From a virus, in IMG/VR virus record IMGVR_UViG_3300029720_000150, positions 1 through 6,470 of that record: a stretch of 6,470 bases of DNA; one strand, given 5' to 3'. Shown in pieces: positions 1-3,819 of the stretch (position 1 is its first letter; every line of letters starts with the position of its first letter). The translations under genes and the position numbers were made by a program. Below the pieces are notes generated by a model. It was not told the DNA's origin, made no database searches, and worked only from the letters and a program-made list of their open reading frames with translations.

Positions 1-89
1 ATTATAACTCTGCTGCTAATCAACGTAAGCGTTGGGAAGAAGCAGGTTTAAATCCTAACCTTATGATGAATGGTTCTGCTGGTTCTGTT
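1..89. repeat. Terminal redundancy of a circular contig (identical to 6382-6470)
   Basis: Base-by-base comparison shows 1-89 is identical to 6382-6470. The reading frame of the VP2-like gene is continuous across the implied junction. Confidence 0.95.
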
Positions 90-887
90 TCCGGTTCTGT
101 TCCTTCTACCGGTATGTCTAACTCTGGTGAAACTTTGGCTCAAGGTATTAATGTAGCAGGTTCTTCTGCTGCCCAAATGATTGCTCAACAGATGGATATT
201 AATGCTCAAAAAGATGTACGTTCTGCTGAGGTTCGAAAAGCTGAAGAAGAAGCTGATTATACCGGTCAGATGACAGAGTCCCAACGTATGCAGAATATGT
301 TTCTCTTGCAATCTTTGTCTGCCCAGACAAAGAATTGGGAATTAAAAAATATTTATCAAGAATTAGAAAATCAGTATGCAAAAGATTCTTTGGATGCTCG
401 TGTTGATTTGGTATCTGCACAAAACCAGTCATTAGCTAATCGTGCTTATTTAGATGCAATGAATGCTGCCCTTGCTGATACTCAAAATCGTATTGCAAAG
501 GTTAATTTGTCTTGGCTTCCTGCTGAAAAACAGGCTGGTTTAGCTAATGTTATTGCTCAGTCTGCTCTTTTTGCTGCTCAGCGTGGAATGTCTGAAGCTG
601 CTGCACGTATGTATGTCTCTTCTGCTGCTCTTAATTATGAGCAAAAAGCAGGTGTCAAGATAGATAATGATGTACGTTCAGCTACCAAACAGCTTTCTAT
701 TGATGCGACTAATGACGCTAGCCGTTGGACTCAACAAAAGTATGAGGATACTCAGTCTTCTCCTAATAAGTTATGGCGTTGGCTTGGTATCGATGGTTCT
801 TGGCTTCCTGCTGCAGGTGCTTATGCGTTTGGCAAATCTACGAAAGGTTTGCATGCTCCTAAGAAAGTTAAAGGATTCCATCCTTAA
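1..887 (+). CDS. Minor capsid / DNA pilot protein VP2-like, 3' portion (in frame from base 3; continues from 6246..6381 by circular wrap; full gene 1,023 nt, 340 aa)
   Basis: The frame is open from base 3 to TAA at 885-887. The ORF starting at 6246 is in the same frame once circularised (6246-6381 = -135, divisible by 3). The product has a Gly/Ala-rich hydrophobic N-terminus, then ...DYNSAANQRKRWEEAGLNPNLMM..., then an Ala/Gln-rich helical body, as in gokusho/alpavirus VP2 proteins. Codons are T-ending. It follows the capsid gene cluster. Confidence 0.8.
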   Translation, partial: YNSAANQRKRWEEAGLNPNLMMNGSAGSVSGSVPSTGMSNSGETLAQGINVAGSSAAQMIAQQMDINAQKDVRSAEVRKAEEEADYTGQMTESQRMQNMFLLQSLSAQTKNWELKNIYQELENQYAKDSLDARVDLVSAQNQSLANRAYLDAMNAALADTQNRIAKVNLSWLPAEKQAGLANVIAQSALFAAQRGMSEAAARMYVSSAALNYEQKAGVKIDNDVRSATKQLSIDATNDASRWTQQKYEDTQSSPNKLWRWLGIDGSWLPAAGAYAFGKSTKGLHAPKKVKGFHP

Positions 888-922
888 AATGGCTTATTAA
901 TCAACTTTTTGTATGCCATTTT
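886..922 (+). terminator. Hairpin overlapping the VP2 stop codon (8-bp stem AAAATGGC/GCCATTTT, 21-nt loop) followed by T-rich sequence; weak terminator or origin-type hairpin
   Basis: 886-893 aaaatggc is the exact reverse complement of 915-922 gccatttt. The loop 894-914 is ttattaatcaactttttgtat. The loop is large for an intrinsic terminator. Confidence 0.3.
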
Positions 923-939
923 TACTATTCATTATTATT

Positions 940-986
940 ATGCGTGCGTATTATTTATATATTATATATAGATTTTACGTACGCAT
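940..986. repeat. Inverted repeat ATGCGTGCGTA / TACGTACGCAT (10 of 11 complementary) flanking a 25-nt A/T-only loop inside a spacer of about 21% GC
   Basis: The arms are 940-950 and 976-986. The single mismatch would be a G-U wobble pair in RNA. Hand count of 921-1020 gives 21 G+C out of 100. Confidence 0.6.
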
Positions 987-1057
987 TTTATATATTTATG
1001 TACTCTCTTTAAAACTTTCCTATTGCAGCATACACTCATTAGTTTTCGTTAGTTTAA

Positions 1058-1065
1058 TACATTTG
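1058..1065 (+). promoter_or_regulatory. Candidate Bacteroidota -7 promoter element TAnnTTTG (TACATTTG) directly upstream of the hairpin-repeat block
   Basis: This is an exact match to the Bacteroides sigma-ABfr -7 consensus TAnnTTTG. No clean -33 TTTG lies at the expected spacing. The predicted start falls around 1070-1075, where tandem repeat copy 1 begins (1073). Confidence 0.3.
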
Positions 1066-1072
1066 TCTATAG

Positions 1073-1186
1073 ATTCGGCAGTGAACGGCACGACGTGCCC
1101 TGCCGCTTCTCATCTCAAAGTCCGCTTTTATTCGGCAGTGAACGGCACGAAGTGCCCTGCCGCTTCTTATCCCAAAGTCCTGCGTT
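1073..1186 (+). repeat. Two tandem 57-nt direct repeats, each containing a bulged hairpin CGGCAG-tgaac-GGCAC-ga(c/a)-GTGCC-CTGCCG
   Basis: Copy 1 is 1073-1129 and copy 2 is 1130-1186. The first 51 positions differ at 3 sites and the 3' tails diverge. Both stems (6 bp and 5 bp) are perfectly conserved. The only substitution inside the hairpin is in the 3-nt loop (gac versus gaa). Hand count for copy 1 is 32 G+C out of 57. Confidence 0.9.
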
Positions 1187-1220
1187 AGCCCACAATACCA
1201 TGAAAAACACTAGCCTTTTG

Positions 1221-1456
1221 CTTCTTTTGGGCAATGCCAAAAGAAGTGGGGTTTGGGGCAACGCCCCATAGACAGGAAACGCAGTTTCCGCTCCTCCCGC
1301 TTCCGGGTGACCGGAAGTAGGGTTATAGGGGCAAAGCCCCTAATCGCCTGTTATCATTAGTTATCATTAGTTATTGCCATACAGCAGGCAAATAGCCTGC
1401 CGAGTTATTATTCCTATAATAACGTATTAGAAAACGGTGTCTAATTTCCACCGTTT
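1221..1456 (+). other. GC-rich hairpin array (at least 8 stem-loops): candidate structured ncRNA or ssDNA cis-element (complementary-strand origin, packaging or integration site)
   Basis: Perfect stems read directly from the sequence are as follows. H1 1221-1246 (10 bp, loop GCAATG). H2 1254-1268 (6 bp, loop AAC). H3 1275-1289 (6 bp, loop GCA). H4 1300-1317 (7 bp, GTGA loop of GNRA type). H5 1326-1342 (7 bp, loop AAA). H6 1384-1400 (6 bp, loop AAATA). H7 1404-1423 (8 bp, loop TCCT). H8 1432-1456 (8 bp, 9-nt loop). Hand count of 1221-1340 gives 69 G+C out of 120, against about 35-42% in sampled coding stretches. No ORF of 60 aa or more lies on either strand. Confidence 0.6.
1350..1375. repeat. 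10-nt direct repeat GTTATCATTA, 2 copies plus a partial third (GTTATT); iteron-like
   Basis: Copies are at 1350-1359 and 1360-1369, with the partial copy at 1370-1375. They lie between hairpins H5 and H6. Confidence 0.8.
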
Positions 1457-1489
1457 CAGCAACCCCTAGTTTATCTACTGCTAAAGTGA

Positions 1490-1556
1490 CACCATTCCTT
1501 TGTCGCTTGCGAGGAACGTTCCTGTAGGTTCGTTCGTGCTAAACTTTTGAATGGTG
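1490..1556 (+). other. Long-range 8-bp helix (CACCATTC / GAATGGTG) enclosing the 12-nt perfect palindrome AGGAACGTTCCT
   Basis: 1490-1497 is the exact reverse complement of 1549-1556. The palindrome lies at 1512-1523. The element sits at the 3' edge of the structured block. Confidence 0.45.
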
Positions 1557-1656
1557 ATAATTTATGCACTTTAGTCTATATTGTAATATTAGAGTTTACA
1601 TTTCATGTGAAATGTTCTTAATATAAATAAAAATTCGTTAGCATAATGTCCCTTAT

Positions 1657-1688
1657 GTTGTAAATTCAAAAATATCTCTCTATATTTG
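1657..1688 (+). promoter_or_regulatory. Candidate Bacteroidota-type promoter (-33-like GTTG at 1657-1660; -7 TATATTTG at 1681-1688) for the 1741 ORF and downstream genes
   Basis: 1681-1688 is an exact TAnnTTTG match. A 3 of 4 match to TTTG lies 20 nt upstream. The site is in an AT-rich region about 50 nt before the next ATG. Confidence 0.4.
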
Positions 1689-1740
1689 CACTTGAATTCA
1701 GTTACTTAATATTCCTAATGTTATTGTCGTTTCATTTTAA

Positions 1741-2010
1741 ATGTTTTGGATTATGGAAAAAGTTATTTTAGATAGTGAACGCCCTTCTTTACTTGAAGGT
1801 GCATCCGATTTACGTTCATACGATTTCTTTAAAGTTATCGTTACTCAGCATGTTGATTCTGGAGTTCATACTTCACATTTAGCAGTTAGGACTGATTGTG
1901 TATCTGCTTTTATGGAGTCGGTCTATGATCTGTATGATAATGATACTGTTATTCAGTTTAATGGTATCTTTCAGCTTAGAGACCCTCGTTTCTGGTTTAC
2001 AATGGTTTAA
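1741..2010 (+). CDS. Hypothetical protein, 89 aa, acidic (alternative start ATG at 1753)
   Basis: The ORF runs from ATG to TAA. Its T-ending codon usage matches VP1 and VP4. It is on the same strand as all other genes, and I recognise no motif. Its size is in the range of phiX174 gene C and gokushovirus VP5, but no similarity could be verified. Confidence 0.65.
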   Translation: MFWIMEKVILDSERPSLLEGASDLRSYDFFKVIVTQHVDSGVHTSHLAVRTDCVSAFMESVYDLYDNDTVIQFNGIFQLRDPRFWFTMV

Positions 2011-2116
2011 GTTATTAAGTGTTTAAGATATGAATTTTACTAACTTTTTAAGAGATACGGTTCCACGGTGTTTTTTAATCATATTTGTTTTGTTTAATTT
2101 TTAATAATTTGTAATT

Positions 2117-2317
2117 ATGAATAAAGAAGTTATAAAGATTATTATTAAGGTGCTTATTTATGCTCTTGGATTGATAGGTACTTATTTTGGAGTATCAGCT
2201 ATGACTAGTTGTACTGTTCAGCGCAATTATGAGTCTAGTGGTCGTGGTACGGTTATTGTTTCCGATACTACTCATTTAGTTCATTCTGGTTCTTGGTTTT
2301 TTAAAAAAGTTCGGTGA
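2117..2317 (+). CDS. Small membrane-anchored protein or putative lipoprotein, 66 aa
   Basis: The N-terminus is MNKEVIK, followed by a hydrophobic span of about 21 residues (IIIKVLIYALGLIGTYFGVSA) and then M-T-S-C (Cys32), which resembles a lipobox. Codons are T-ending. The stop TGA (2315-2317) lies 2 nt before the rep ATG (2320), which suggests translational coupling. Confidence 0.65.
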   Translation: MNKEVIKIIIKVLIYALGLIGTYFGVSAMTSCTVQRNYESSGRGTVIVSDTTHLVHSGSWFFKKVR

Positions 2318-2319
2318 TT

Positions 2320-3807
2320 ATGAATAATACAACTCCTTGGATTTCTTGTTTTAAACCTGTTGGTATTAGAGATTGTTTTGGTCGTGTCCAAATGGTTGGT
2401 TGTGGTTCTTGTCCTGCTTGTCAAGAGCTTAAGCGTAATAGCTTGAGTAATCGTCTTGCTTTGGAAGAGCATAGAGCAAAATATTGCTCTTTTGTAACTT
2501 TGACTTATGACGAGGCTCATTTGCCCATTGTGGACGTTTCACCTTTGTTCTCTTCTTCTGATGGTGAGGTTGTTGATTTACTTCAAAATCATGATTTTAA
2601 TGAAGATTTCTCAACACCTTCTGTGGTTAATACTGAGGAGTTACGTAATAGTGTTATTTTATATAATAAACATCGTGCTTTTTATAAGGCTAATTATTCT
2701 GTGAATAGAAATGTTACTTATGAAGATAATCAAGTTGCGGTGCTTGTAAATAGGCATTTGCAGTTGTTCATTAAAAGATTTAGAAAATATGTCTCACAAA
2801 ATTACAATGAAAAGATACGTTACTACGCTGTTGGTGAATACGGAGTCCAGTCTTTGCGTCCGCATTGGCATATCTTATTTTTCTACTCATCGCCTCAGCT
2901 TGCAAGAGATTTTGAGGATGTCGTTCAGCTCGGATCATCATCCCGACCAATTCAGACCCCTGTTTTTCTTCGTTCACTCTGGAAGTTCGGTCACATTGAT
3001 TCTAAGCAGACTGACGGAAAAGCCTATTTTTACGTTTCATCGTATGTTAATAAGCCTTCTAATTTTCCCTATGTGCTTGAGATCCTTGCTCCACAACGTG
3101 CGTTTCACTCCAATTTCCTTGGAGAGATTTCTGAGAAAGAAGACATTAAAAAGTCTTTTCAAGACAGAGACTTTTCAAATCTCGGAAAAATTAATGTTAT
3201 CTCTTGGTCAGGCGACCAATATACTTACTCCGTTAGGCGGTCGCTTGTCGGTAGATTGTTACCGAGATATAGCTTCTCAGCTTGCGAGGATGACAGAATT
3301 ATATTTCGAAAACTTACGCTCTTTGCCGACAGTTTCGTCTTCAGAAAGTACGAGCAATTAGGTTCTGTTCTGAATTTAGCTTTGCATATTTTTAATGCTT
3401 GGTATTTTAAGAAGGACAATGAATTTGCTTCTCTGGCTTCGCTCTGTGCTTCTCAGTGCTTAGCTTGTTTGCATTCGGATTTGAAACTTTTATCTCCGCT
3501 TTGCTCTGTTCTTTACGCTTCTAAGCGTTTTGTTTCTGCTGCCGATTCTTTGGGTTTTGGTTTGCGTGATTATTATGATATTTACAAGTCTTATTATAAT
3601 TTTATTGAATATTCTAGACTTACGGATAATTTGTCTTTATGTCAGTTAGATCCACAATTTGCTTCTGCTTATTATGCTTCTGTTACTGATTTTGACACTT
3701 TGTCTTCTAGTATTGATTTTATTAATTGGTCTTGTTCTGTTAAAAATAAATTCCGTTCACGGATTAAACATAGACAGATAGCAGACCGTTATAAGTTTAA
3801 TATTTAA
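2320..3807 (+). CDS. Replication initiation protein VP4 (HUH endonuclease, phiX174 gene A family), 495 aa from ATG 2320 (the ORF track begins at GTG 2314)
   Basis: Motif 1 FVTLTYD is at 2491-2511. The HUH motif HWHILFF is at 2863-2883. The two-tyrosine motif 3 YVSSYVNK is at 3031-3054; compare phiX174 A protein YVAKYVNK. An N-terminal Cys cluster GCGSCPACQ is typical of microvirus VP4 proteins. Confidence 0.95.
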   Translation: MNNTTPWISCFKPVGIRDCFGRVQMVGCGSCPACQELKRNSLSNRLALEEHRAKYCSFVTLTYDEAHLPIVDVSPLFSSSDGEVVDLLQNHDFNEDFSTPSVVNTEELRNSVILYNKHRAFYKANYSVNRNVTYEDNQVAVLVNRHLQLFIKRFRKYVSQNYNEKIRYYAVGEYGVQSLRPHWHILFFYSSPQLARDFEDVVQLGSSSRPIQTPVFLRSLWKFGHIDSKQTDGKAYFYVSSYVNKPSNFPYVLEILAPQRAFHSNFLGEISEKEDIKKSFQDRDFSNLGKINVISWSGDQYTYSVRRSLVGRLLPRYSFSACEDDRIIFRKLTLFADSFVFRKYEQLGSVLNLALHIFNAWYFKKDNEFASLASLCASQCLACLHSDLKLLSPLCSVLYASKRFVSAADSLGFGLRDYYDIYKSYYNFIEYSRLTDNLSLCQLDPQFASAYYASVTDFDTLSSSIDFINWSCSVKNKFRSRIKHRQIADRYKFNI

Positions 3808-3819
3808 ATTTTATTTTTT

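Noticed and set aside
1073-1186. CRISPR array
   Set aside because: There are only two directly adjacent repeat copies and no spacers. At 57 nt the repeat is longer than typical CRISPR repeats.
913-1188. 91-aa plus-strand ORF crossing the AT-rich spacer and both 57-nt repeats (repeat length = 19 codons, giving the duplicated peptide SAVNGT(T/K)CPAAS)
   Set aside because: The N-terminal two-thirds is Ile/Tyr/Leu/Phe low complexity dictated by 21% GC DNA. Codon usage in the repeat part is GC-rich and does not match the T-ending bias of every convincing gene. The substitution pattern between the repeats preserves the hairpin stems. It is better explained as non-coding structure.
1404-1430. XerC/D dif-like site (GTTATTAT-TCCT-ATAATAAC) for chromosomal integration, as proposed for Bacteroidetes microvirus proviruses
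   Set aside because: The spacer is 4 nt rather than 6. The half-site orientation (TTAT...ATAA) is opposite to the canonical dif core (ATAA-N6-TTAT). It cannot be excluded without the host dif sequence, so it is kept only as hairpin H7.
1524-1540. tRNA or T-arm-like GGTTCGTTCG, possibly a tRNA-derived att site
   Set aside because: No flanking 5-bp T-stem, acceptor stem or CCA context could be drawn. The resemblance to GGTTCGAAT is partial.
2041-2080. Intrinsic terminator at the T6 run (ACGGTTCCACGGTGTTTTTT) after the 89-aa ORF
   Set aside because: ACGG...ACGG is a direct repeat, not an inverted one, so no stem precedes the T-tract.
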